Source: Geosiphon pyriformis uo1
Taxonomy: Eukaryota > Fungi > Glomeromycota
Reading direction: 5' to 3'
DNA: 36,958 bases
Assembly (NCBI GenBank): GCA_016748015.1
Contig: JAAOMT010000092.1
Location: forward strand, 1-36,958
The position numbers and the translations under genes are program-made. The stretch's first letter is position 1. Each line of letters begins with the position of its first letter. The notes beneath the pieces were generated by a model. The model was not told where the DNA came from. It searched no databases and saw nothing but the letters and a program-made list of their open reading frames with translations. This document shows, in pieces, positions 1 to 11,030 of this stretch.

Positions 1-809
1 TATTGTATAAAATTCTGATGTTTAATTTGGTTTAATTTGGTTTAGTTTGAGTTCAATTAAATTATTAAATCAAACCAAACTTAAACAGAGATTTTGGCTA
101 AATTTTGAACTTAAACTTAAATCAAACTTATAATTATTGAACCTGAATTCAACTTAAATCTAAACAACAAGTTTAGCTCAAAATTTGTAAATATATTAAA
201 TTTAATTATTAAAAATTATATTATATTATTAACAAATTTTTCTTTCAATGGTTTTTGTATTTATGATTAAAAATATTGTGCTGCTTTTATAGTTTTAGGC
301 ATTAAGTAAAATCTTTATATTTGCAATTATATTTCAATGTTTAGAAGCAATAAATGATTTTTGGATTACCAAATAATTACAAATCATATATACAAAACAA
401 AAAAATTGTATTTAATATATCTAAATATCAAATTTTTAATAAAAATAATTTAAATAGATAATTTTTGTAACATACTTTTTATCATACTATTATATTTATT
501 TCTGGTTATTTTTCTAAAAATATAATAATTAATTTTATCAAATTTTTTTTTCTTATTATTATCAAAGTTTGTTTCTAATATAAACTATATAACTAATATT
601 ATAATATTACTAAAATTGCTATTTAACACAAAACTATTATTTAATATGAGTATAATAGCCAATATATACTTTGTTTTAAAGAAAGTACATATTTTAAAAG
701 TTTATTAAAGTCGGAAAATAAAACCATTTAAAAAACAAATAATTTATAATTCTTTTATTTTATTAATATTATTATTCAAAAAAATTTTCTTGATTTTTTT
801 TTATTAACA

Positions 810-1295
810 TTTTATGAGTGAAGCCCAAACACCATCTAACACAATACATCAAATTAAGTAATCTAAACTAGGCATGAATCATGTATTTTCTATATGTGAC
901 CAGCCACTCAGACCAATCAAAGCAACACTATAAATTTATTATAACAGAAATTGCACTATTAATATCAGCAAAAAAACTACAGAGTGTAAAAAAACCAAAA
1001 CTAACATCATAAGCTTTAGCAATACTAAGCAACCTAATAACACTAACAGAAAATAAAGACAAAAAAACACAAATATTAGAAAGCACAGAATTATTACATT
1101 TAATTAAACATTTTTTCTTCATAAATGCTTTATACTTAGCCTTTATTATCCACACATCAACTTGATGAGCCATCTCCAATTCTTACACCAAATTGACTAT
1201 TTTTATACTAGTAGTTTTAACACATTTGAAAACATAGACAGTTTCTAAACTTTATTTCTTGAACACAAAGTAGTATACATAATGTTATTGAACAT
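810..1295 (-). mobile_element. LINE 3'-end fragment (ORF2 C-terminus + 3' UTR), cut by LTR-A insertion
   Basis: Reverse complement of 814-930 aligns by eye with the LINE 3' UTRs at 20796-20910 and 35593-35707 (…aaatacatgattca…cctagttt…ctcat). ORF 928..1179(-) (VWIIKAKYKAFMKK…VIRLLSIAKAYDVSFGF) is homologous to ORF 35197..35592 (IWLVHVKHHVFMEK…IIKLLDIIKAMSVGFGF). Confidence 0.9.
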
Positions 1296-2325
1296 TGTTA
1301 CCCAAGTAAGAAAACCAATTCAAAGTTATAAAGAAAACATGACCAAAAATATAACAACACAAAATAATACAGTATAATATGAAAAAACACAAGATAATAT
1401 GTAATAATATAAGATAATATGTTATAATATAGTATAATACATAATAACATAAAATAACATATTATAACATAGTATAATATATAATAACATAAGATAACGT
1501 GTTATAATATAGTATAACTAGCAATAATGTAGAAAAATGAAATAATAACAGAAATAATAAAACAATCAGAAACAATCTTATAAAACAAAAAAAATATATA
1601 AAAATAAGTAGCTATAGAAGTTAAAAAGACATTTAAACAAGAATCAATTTTTCTCTTCTTTATAATTATTACATCTTACAAAAATAAAAAACTTATTTGA
1701 AAACACAAAAATTATCAATACATAATGATCAATTATCTCATATTTGAATTGAACTAATTTCTATTTTATACTCTTGTTCCAAAACAGATGCTTATAGCAT
1801 AAATGTTCCAAACCTTAATGACCTGAACCAATCACTTTTGATTATAACAATTGACAATACTAATTTATCTTTTTCTATTTTCTTTTTTTTATTTTTTATT
1901 TTTTATTTTTTTATTTTATTCTCTCTTGTAAAGTGGCAACATAGAAAAATTGACTGTTTGGAAATAGATTTTATGATAATCTGGTAAAAAAGAGAAGCTT
2001 TTTTTAAAATTGGATATTAATATTATCTTAGTAGCTTACCAGAAGGACAAAAAAATACCACCAAACTCTAATAACTGTGCTTATTAGCTCAGAAAAGATA
2101 GCTCATATTTACAATAAAAAGTTGTAAAACACAAAAGTAAAAACTCTGTGTTTTATAACTAAAAAACTTTACAGATAAATTCATATCAATCAAAAAGACC
2201 TTCAAAGACTGATAACACTAATACACCAAACAAATCTACCAGAAAAAACCATCAAAAGCTTCTTAGAAACCCAAATTGTAAGCATCAAACATTATCATTA
2301 TACTTCACTAAATTTATCTATAATA
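1296..2325 (+). repeat. 5' LTR of gypsy element A (type-1 LTR, ~1030 bp)
   Basis: Starts TGTTAC, ends decayed TGTAACA (tataata), is followed by a PBS, and is colinear and homologous with 2583-3654. TATA-like tatataaaa at ~1594. Confidence 0.85.
1340..1520 (+). repeat. Degenerate ~10-bp tandem repeat (ataaYaYRNN) in the U3 of type-1 LTR A
   Basis: Repeating ataacac/ataatat/ataacgt units; the equivalent array in LTR B is at ~2635-2815. Confidence 0.75.
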
Positions 2326-2327
2326 TT

Positions 2328-2344
2328 TGGTGCTTTCTGTAAGG
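2328..2344 (+). promoter_or_regulatory. Primer-binding site of element A
   Basis: tggtgctttctgtaagg begins 2 nt after the LTR end; its TGG is complementary to tRNA CCA. Same motif at 3657-3673. Confidence 0.8.
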
Positions 2345-2582
2345 TTATAAAAATTCACAGAGACAGAGCATCTTAGAAATTCACAAAAGTAACAATTCTC
2401 AAAATGGTAAAAAAAGATTACTAATTATATGGAAAAACATTATTTTAATACTTTAGACAAGATTTGGGAATACTACTTAAAACTATTACTACTAAAAGAG
2501 AATTTTGTCAATATCTATATGCAAAAATTGACTGTCTATTAAGCTGAGCAACAAATACAAAAAAATTGGAGAACAAATACAC
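2345..2582 (+). pseudogene. gag: Leader/5' gag remnant of element A, interrupted by element B
   Basis: Homologous to 3674-3910; stops abruptly at gaacaaatacac where the TGTTA of LTR B begins. Confidence 0.7.
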
Positions 2583-3654
2583 TGTTATTCGAGTAGAAAA
2601 ATCAATTTGAAGTTATAAAAAAACGTGATCAGAACATAATATAACACAGAATAGCACACAATAATATTAAATAATGCATTATAACTTAGAATAGTGTGCA
2701 ATAATATTAGATAATGCATTATAACTTAGGATAGCACAGAATAATATATTACAACGTGGGATAACACAGAATAACACTAAATAATGTGTTATAATATAGG
2801 ATAACTAGTAATAACATAGAAAAATGAAACAATAACAAAAATAACAAAGCAATAGTTAGCAATAACAAAACAATCAGAAGCAATCATGTAAAACCAAAAG
2901 AATGTATAAAAGCAAGTAATTGTAGAAGATAGAAACAGACAGACAGATAGATATAAATTACTAAACAAGAATCCAATATCCATATCCCTTTATTATTTAT
3001 TATATTCTATGTTCATCTTCTGAAATAAATCAATTATTAAAAAATTAGAATCACAAATTCATGTTCTTGAACTTTGTGGAATTCATGTAAATTAACCATT
3101 GTTTCATATTTTCATTCTAGGACAGATGCTTTTAGCATAACTGCCTTAAACTATTCACAATTTGGACCAATTGCTTTTGATTACAGTGATTGATGATACT
3201 AATTTATCTTTTTTTTTATTTTCTGTCTTTCTTTTCTTTTCTTTTATTTTTTTTTTATTTTTCTTTTGTGGAGTGGCAACATAGTAAAATCGACTGTCTG
3301 GAAATAGACTTTGTAATAGCTTGGTAAAAAAAGGAAGCTCCTTCTAGGTTTGGAATATTAATATTATCTTGATAGCTTACCAGAAAAGTAAAAAGACAAT
3401 GTCAGACCCTAATAACTGTACTTGTTAGCTCAGAGAAGAAAGCTTATCTTTATAAGAAGTTGCAATCAACAAAAACTTAAAATTCTGTGCCTTATAATCA
3501 AAAAACTCAATGGATAAATTCACAACCAGTAGATAAGATTTTTAGAGACTGATAATTAAGACTAAACCAATAGAATTATGCAAAAGATGTATTACTAATC
3601 ATTAAAAACACCAAACATTACTATTTCTATACCCCACTAAGTTTACCTGTAATA
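2583..3654 (+). repeat. 5' LTR of gypsy element B (type-1 LTR, ~1072 bp)
   Basis: Starts TGTTA, ends cctgtaata, is followed by a PBS, and is homologous to LTR A throughout. Confidence 0.85.
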
Positions 3655-3656
3655 TT

Positions 3657-3673
3657 TAGTGCTCTCTGTGAGG
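3657..3673 (+). promoter_or_regulatory. Primer-binding site of element B
   Basis: tagtgctctctgtgagg; the consensus with A is TGGTGCTCTCTGTGAGG. Confidence 0.8.
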
Positions 3674-4636
3674 TTATAAATCCACAGAAACAGAACACTC
3701 CAGAAATTCACAAAAGTGGCAACTATTAGAACAGTAGGAAAAAACCACTCTCTATATAGAAGAGCATTATTTCAATATTTTTAAAAAGACTTAGAAATAC
3801 TAGCAGAAACTATTTATGCAGAAAGTGATTTTTGTAACTATATTAATGCAAAAATTAACTGGTTATTAGGCCACACAACCAACACAGAAAAACTGGAAGA
3901 ACAAATCCATTAAAGCTTATTAGAATACTTAACAGCCACAACTATCTGAACAATTGCTAAAACTCTGTGCATAATTAATACAGACATTAAATATTACATG
4001 GCAAAATGATTCCCTTAAGTACAACAATCAGTAAAATCCGACCCTAAGAAATATGAAGACAAATCCAACAATTTTGCAACTGCCCAAGCCAAGTTCACAG
4101 TTAACAAGAAACCAAGATTCCTCTTCCCAACAACTTTATCATATTATCAAACACTTTAAAGTAGAATTGTATTCAATCTACCTCAGAAAACCCAGTCAGA
4201 AACACTATAAACTCCTGGAAATTCACACCTCTGAGATTAACACAGTTAGACCAAATTATTAAAAAAATACAGATTGTTGTTTGGAAATTTTACTCCAATA
4301 ATTAATAAAACAGATGGAAATACATTGACATAAGAACCACTACCAACTAAACCCTTGACCAAATTATCAACTACTCTCTCTGAAGAAACAGCTATTCTTT
4401 AATTCATTGGAAAAATTAACAAAAAGAAACAACCAGAATTAACACCAGGAAAACACTCTGACATGCAAACACCAAACCTTTTAACATTAAACAGTAAGAT
4501 TCCACCTACTTATCAGATCATGGCTTATTGAGATATCACCAAATTAAAGAAATTCTCTGGTAAAAAAGATAATGTATATACATAGATCGTGGAAGCCAAG
4601 GAAGTCATCACTGCCAACAATTGGAATAAGAATAGG
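3674..4636 (+). pseudogene. gag: gag N-terminal remnant of element B
   Basis: Downstream of the PBS; reads IMAY*DITKLKKFSGKKDN.. and EVITANNWN (gypsy capsid start, 'KFSG' motif) with stops and frameshifts; ends at a deletion junction. Confidence 0.7.
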
Positions 4637-5124
4637 ACCTGAAAACAAATGTTACAACAATTGGATGGGTATCCTCATAATGAACATAAGATTTGGAGAA
4701 TGGCAAGTGCAAAAACAGAGAGTGCTAAAATCAAGGAATTATTGGAATTCAAAAACAATCCCTTATCTCTTCCAGAACCTGAATATATCATAACTTTTGA
4801 CATCTTTGGCAACATTGAGAACAATTCAGAATATTTCTATGAGCACTATCAGAATTTGGCACTGACTAGAAAAGAGCAGAAACAGAGGCTAGCTGACCTA
4901 AACACAAAACTATGCAATTATTGTTTGATCTCTTGTTACTTTTAGTACTGTGACAAATGTGATATTATGTTCAATCTGCTTCTAAGAAAACTATACCTAA
5001 TCACCAAACTATCGGAATTCAAGGTAGAAAAGAAATTAATTACTGAGAACATATTGTTTCAAGATCCAACTGAGAATACCAAAACAGAACAGTATTTCGC
5101 ATATTCTGACCTATCCAAAGAATT

Positions 5125-5560
5125 AGAATTAAAATGGTACAGTGACAATAAGGAAAGAATCTGTCCCAAAAGAGTGCATGACATTGATGCTGGTTTTGAC
5201 CTACAATATCTGAACAATCACCTATAATTATAGTTCCACATTTTCTTGTAAAAATAGATCTTAAGATAGCATTAGAAATTCCTGTTAGTACAATAGTACA
5301 AGTTGCCTCTTAATTTAATCTAGCCAAAAAAAAATCAATGTAAAGAGAGGAATTATCAATGCTGGTTACATGAAAAACATTATAGTGATGCTACAAAACA
5401 ATTTGAACAAACTCTACAAAATAGAATCACAAGAAAAGATTGTCCAAGCTATCTTTTTACCCCTAATCAAAATACTCCAATTAACTCCAGTAACAATCTG
5501 AGAAGAATTAGACCTCACTGTCTAAGAAATCAACAGATTTGAATCAAGTAGAAAAGAAAA
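5125..5560 (+). pseudogene. dut: dUTPase domain of element C pol
   Basis: DAGFDL (motif 1), GIINAGY (decayed motif 3 GxIDxxY), EKIVQ (motif 4), INRFESSR (decayed motif 5 GFGSSG). Confidence 0.85.
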
Positions 5561-6089
5561 TGTACCAATTAATTTCATGGAGAAAGATAGTGACCAGGTA
5601 GAACTTATCTACACCAATACAGTTATCTCTATCCCCCCTTACCAACAATACATCCTTAAGGTGAATTGAAAGATCCAAGATTAAGCCCTGTTATTTGAAG
5701 CCAATCCTGAAATCTGTTCCCTAGCCAATATTGCTAACTTATACCTACTGGCCAAAGTCCATAAACACTTCAAAATCTCTATCCACAATCTCATAGAAGA
5801 TGTAATTGAAATTTCTGAAGGAATTTTCATTGGTTTCATTTCACTAGACATCCAACATTTCGAAAAATCCCAGCCCATTTCAGATTTCACACAGCTATTC
5901 TTATTTTGTGATATTACCTCACAAGTATAAAACTTGCCAAAAGAAAATTACTTGTTCATGCCAGAAAAAATTGACAAACTACACTTAGAAAACCTGAGTA
6001 CTCCTCAGCAAATGCAACTTAAGGTTCTCTTGAATCAATATGCCAATGTCTTTGCCAGTGAAAATGAGTTTGGATGCATCAACATCATG

Positions 6090-8290
6090 AAGCATTAGAT
6101 TGATATAAGAGACACTCAACCTATTAAACAACAAACTTACCAAGTACCCCCATTTGGTAACAATTTTATTAAACAAGAAGTTTAACAAATGCTTAACAAT
6201 AGCTTAATCAAAGAATTATTAAGCCCTTGGTTCTCTTCAGTAGTTTTGGTTACCAAGAAAAACAAAAAGATATGATTCTACATGGATTACTGAAAATTAA
6301 ATAGCATCACATGAAAAGATAGTTACCCCACTCCCTTCATCCAAAAAATTCTGAACAATCTAAAAAAAAAGAAAGAGTTCTCATTATTAGACTTAGCCAG
6401 CAAATATTGGCAGGTCAAAATAAATCTCAAAGATAAAAAAAAAATGGCATTTACCACTTGAGATAGAAACTTCAAGTTCAATATAATGTCTTTCAGACTC
6501 TGCAATGCTCCTGCTACATTCCAATGCCTTATGAACATTGTGTATAAAGGAATTTTTTGGAAATTAATTATAGTTTACTTAGACAACACAAATGTGTTCT
6601 TTAAAACATTCGACAATTATCTACTGCACCTTTAACAAGTCTTCAAACATCTTTGAAATGCCAGATTAAAACTTAATTCCAAGAAATGTTTCTTTGGAAA
6701 AACTGAGTTGAAATTTTTAAGACATGCAATTAGCAAAAATAGAGTCAAATCCAACCTGGACAAGGTCCAAAAAGTTAAAGATTTTTTAGTTCCAATTAAT
6801 TTTCAAGAGTTACAAAGATTTTTAGGATTACCAAAATACTACCACCAATTTGTCAAAGAGTTTTCAACTATTGCAAAACCTCTTCATCATTTGTTGTCCA
6901 AATATATGTTATACCTATAAAAAAATGACCAACAAAAAGCATTCAATTATCTTAAGCAGCAATTGATCACATCCCCAATTCTGATTTACTCAGATTTCAC
7001 TAAATAGTTTATTGTTGCTATAGATGTCTTGAAAAATGCTTTAGGAGCAATCTTATCACAAATAGGACCAGACAATAGAAAACATCCAATTGTTTACACC
7101 AGTTGCAGCACTAGTCCAGCAGAAAAAAATTACAGCACAACAGATCTGGAATGTTTTGCCATTTATTGGGCCATACAGACATAGAAACATTACCTTGGCT
7201 TGTTCTTTAACCTATATACTAATCATAAAGGACTTGTTTGGTTACTTAACAATCCACAACTGGAAAAAAAATATGCAAGATGGAGTACTTATCTGCAACA
7301 ATTCTTACTCAAAGTCCATTACAAAGAAAGATCCAAGAACACCAATGCTGACAGTTTGTCAAGGATGCCACAAACCTAATCCCAGACCCATAGACACACT
7401 CACTTATCAATGACTACATCAGTACCTATTGACATTATGTTTCAAGGAGATATTATCTCAACAGGAACAAAGTACCATATAAAAACAAGCCTGAAATTAT
7501 TTTATTCAAAACAACCAACTATATTGACAAAAACACCAAAACTGCCTTATTCCACAACAAGTTATAAAGAACAATAAAAAGAAAACTATATTACATAGTA
7601 TGTATTCTGATCCAATCACAGGATATTTTAACAAAGATGCTACTCTCAAAAGAACACTAAATTTATACTATTAGCCAATAATATACAAAAACATTTTCAA
7701 ATATATGCTCAATTGTGATTTATGCCAGCAAAGAGGAGAAACAAGATCAACAGAACCACTTCAACCTATTTCAGTTGGAAATCTATTTGATAAAATTGGG
7801 ATCAATTTGGTTGGACCTCTCTCAATTACATTTTAAAAAAATTATTATATCACTGTAGCCATAGACTATCTTACAAAATGGCCAGAAGCCAAAGCAATCC
7901 AAGTGGCTGATGCCAAAACAGTAACTAAATTTGTGCATCAAAACCTAATTTGCCAATATAGATGCTTAAAAAAATTATTATCTGATCAGGGAACACATTT
8001 TGTTAATAATATGCTAACTGAACTAAGCCAACAGTTTAGAATAAAGCAACTTTTATTGTCACCATACCACCTACAAATGAATGAACTGGTAGAACAATTT
8101 AACTAAACACTGTGTGAAGCATTAACAAAAATAAGTCATGAAAATAAACAAGAATAGGACTTATTCATATCTTTTGTACTCTTTGCATACCAAATATTAA
8201 AACAAAATATAACTCAGTTCACACTCTTCAAACTAGTCTATAGAAGAAAAGCTATGTTACTGATTAAATGAGTGATACCATTATACCCAA
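6090..8290 (+). pseudogene. pol: RT-RNase H-integrase of element C
   Basis: SPWFSSVVLV..KK, FSLLDLASKYWQ, MSFRLCNAPATFQ, VYLDN (from YLDD), RNase H A(T/I)DV..GAILSQ…EKNYST.DLE, integrase C-x2-C, IDYLTKWPEA, LSDQGTHF, SPYHLQMNELVEQFN. Confidence 0.93.
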
Positions 8291-8375
8291 ATCATTATTA
8301 TCAACACCAATATGTTAAATTGAACAACTAAAAAAATATAAAAACATGGTAGACATGACAAAAGACAGCAGAAAA

Positions 8376-8994
8376 ATGAAAATTACCAACAACATCTACT
8401 TATTAGCACAACAACTCTTTCAACTGATACAACAACAAGAGATAGAAATTACAATTAATCAACAAACTATTAGATATAAAAACACCAAAAAGAAACCATG
8501 AGATAAAGTATAGAAAAAAACAGAAAACATTATTGACAAAATAATTACAAAGGTGAAATTGGCAATAGAAGCACAACCAAAAGTCACCCAATATTAAGAG
8601 TTAACAATAGAAACATGAAATTAGTGGACACAACAATTTTCAAGAAACTTTTGCTATTTCTACTTAAAACAACATCTAAATATTTAGAACTTATATACAG
8701 ATAAAACAAAATACAACAATACTACAACAACTAGAGAAATTTGTGGGAAATAATAATCTAATAATACAAGCAAGAGTCATCTATTGATTACATACTAGAT
8801 TTTAAGACCAACCTGAAATCTTACTTAATTCAGCAATAGACACTATCACTATTAACCAAATGAGAAAAATAACTAATGCCCAATTTAAAGAATTACAGAA
8901 CAAGATAACTCAAGTAATTCTTGAAAAAAAAGTTCAAAAAATACTTAAAGATGAAAAACTAGAATTAGGAAATCTCAATAGAACTCAACATTAA
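8376..8994 (+). pseudogene. Extra ORF (ORF3) of unknown function downstream of integrase, element C copy
   Basis: MKITNNIYLLAQQLFQLIQQQ…NFCYFYLKQHLNI…LGNLNRTQH*; homologous to 15838-16467 with an ~11-bp deletion near 8710. Confidence 0.75.
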
Positions 8995-9008
8995 AAAAAA
9001 AGAAATAA
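8993..9008 (+). promoter_or_regulatory. Polypurine tract of element C
   Basis: aaaaaaaaagaaataa directly before the TGTTAC of the LTR; same position as aaaaggaaagaataa at 16466-16480. Confidence 0.75.
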
Positions 9009-9767
9009 TGTTACTTATAGAATATAAGAAGTATATTAGTATATAAATTAGCCAATTAGTAGCTATAGTAAATATGGAATTCCAGGATTTCTTTCAAAAA
9101 AATTGCAGGATTCCAGAAATTCTAGGATTTCTGGTGTGAAAAATTGAGAAATTGAAGAATCTCAATTATGTATATATAGTGATAGCATTAGAAAAAAAAA
9201 AAACAGATCTTTTAGTTTAGATTTAATCTAAGCAATCTTTCCATTCACAAATATTATTAAATAACTATTTACTATCTCAATCTATTTTCTACTATCAATA
9301 CTTCATGTTAATAGTAACTGATATTTAATTACACTGAAACAATAGCTCTTGATCATGGCTATTGACAGGATACTAACATTTATTGCCTTAATTTATTTCT
9401 TTATTTTCTTTTATTTTCTTTTGTTATTTCTTTTGTTTTACTAATTAATTAAGGATTAAAAAGTGCTGAATTACAGACATCATAGAGACTGGTAAAAGAC
9501 CCATGAAACAAGAATAAAGAACTTATAGATTTGAGGATAGCTTACCAAAAAGATTACTGGCCATCATGTTGAGAAAAAAATTCAACAGAATTGTGATTCC
9601 AAGAAACTACTGAAAACAACTATTGAATCTCTCTTCATTATACAAAAAACTCAACCAAAACCTTCAGATACAAACAACCTACAGATATTACTAACATCAT
9701 CAAGCAAATTAGCACCAAGTTACAGGTTTGTTATTTGATTTAAAACCTCAAATAATTACCTGTAACA
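9009..9767 (+). repeat. 3' LTR of element C (type-2 LTR, 759 bp)
   Basis: TGTTAC…GTAACA inverted termini; preceded by a PPT and not followed by a PBS; homologous to 16481-17120 and 32185-33161; TATA gtatatatag at 9170-9179. Confidence 0.92.
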
Positions 9768-10640
9768 CCACTGAATTTGAAGCAAATCATATCCAAGCCA
9801 TCAATTTAGTAATAAACAGATCATCTAAATTTGATTTTAAATTAAAACAATTCAGTGATTTAATTAATCAGAAAGTAAAGAGATACTTAGCTAACAATAA
9901 TCAGATTATTTATTAATTGTCATAATATTGCGACAATTCCAGAACTATTGATTAGCACCAAAATCAGTTGCATCCTACAGCAACACAATTATTGTGGCAA
10001 CAAGAAACATGTATTTGCTACAATTGTGGTAAAAAAAGTCACATTAAAGTTAACTGCCATGTCAGAATTAATAGTTAATGATTGGGTAATCAATATCAAA
10101 ACCCCAATTGCAGATTTCAAACCCAGAACTATGCCAATAATCTATTAACTAAATCATATCAATATCAATCCCATTACCCACAAATGACATAACAACCAAT
10201 ATATGTACTTCCAATCTATCAAATCCCAGTTCCAGTTATTTATCAAATACAGCTACAAGTAATTTATCAACTACAATTCTAAAATTCAGCTTAGATATCC
10301 AGAAATCTGAGGCCAAGAATCGCATACACCCAACAAAACTGGTGATTAGTAATGGTGATGTATCAGCTGATCTCCAGCTTATTCCAGCAGCCAGGAAGAT
10401 CACAGCAGTGGAGTTTGGAAATTGGATATAGCCAAAACCCAAATTCTCAGAGCTATTTAAGTTTTCTGGTTATCCCAGAAGACATCTTATTCAATAAGCT
10501 AGAACTTAAACAAAAGCAGCCACTTATCAACAACATACTACCAGCAATCATTACTAAAAACAAATTACTTACTGCTATCTTTCCTTTTGAACTCGAGAAA
10601 CCATTTGAAATGCCACTATTTAGTAAAGCCACCCTAGAAT
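9768..10640 (+). pseudogene. gag: gag C-terminus with CCHC zinc knuckle and Q/P/Y-rich linker (element D)
   Basis: CYNCGKKSHIKVNC at 10016-10057; PIYQIPVPVIYQIQLQVIYQLQ in the same frame as the protease, i.e. a single gag-pol frame. Confidence 0.85.
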
Positions 10641-10649
10641 TAAAACCCA

Positions 10650-11030
10650 TTACTACAATGTATACAGATGCTAAAATTGATAATTAGCTTATTAAACTGA
10701 TTCTAAACAGTAGATTAGCTGGCAACATTATTATTTGACAACTCATAAATCAATTAGGTTGCTGAATTGATCGTGTTATTAGTGCATAAATAATTATCAC
10801 TAATGGAACAACAAAGACTCTAATAGGCAAAATCAACAACTTTTCTTTTAAAGTCAGTAGTATTATTATGCCAATCAAAGTCTTTATTATGGAAACCACC
10901 TAGTATTAAGCACTAGTTAGTAATGACTGGCTGTCCAAAACCAATGCTGTACTTAACTGGAATATCTAGAAACTACAACTTAGCCAGAATGGTTGACATA
11001 TTCAAATACTAGCAATCTGCAATTATTTCA
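10650..11030 (+). pseudogene. pol: Retropepsin aspartic protease (element D)
   Basis: MYTDAKID…IKLILNSR (decayed LDSG)…ALVSNDWL (decayed GxDWL). Confidence 0.85.

Larger units (their letters stand above)
4637..9767 (+). mobile_element. Gypsy element C, 5'-deleted (Cys motif, dUTPase, RT, RNase H, integrase, extra ORF, PPT, type-2 3' LTR)
   Basis: Colinear with element D from ~11565 onward; RT-RH-IN order is the Ty3/gypsy order; ends TGTAACA at 9767. Confidence 0.9.

Noticed and set aside
1296-3910. Simple 1.3-kb tandem duplication, or the LTR pair of one element
   Set aside because: Each copy has its own PBS and gag start, the copies are diverged, and the second begins with TGTTA inside the first's gag, which fits nested insertion.
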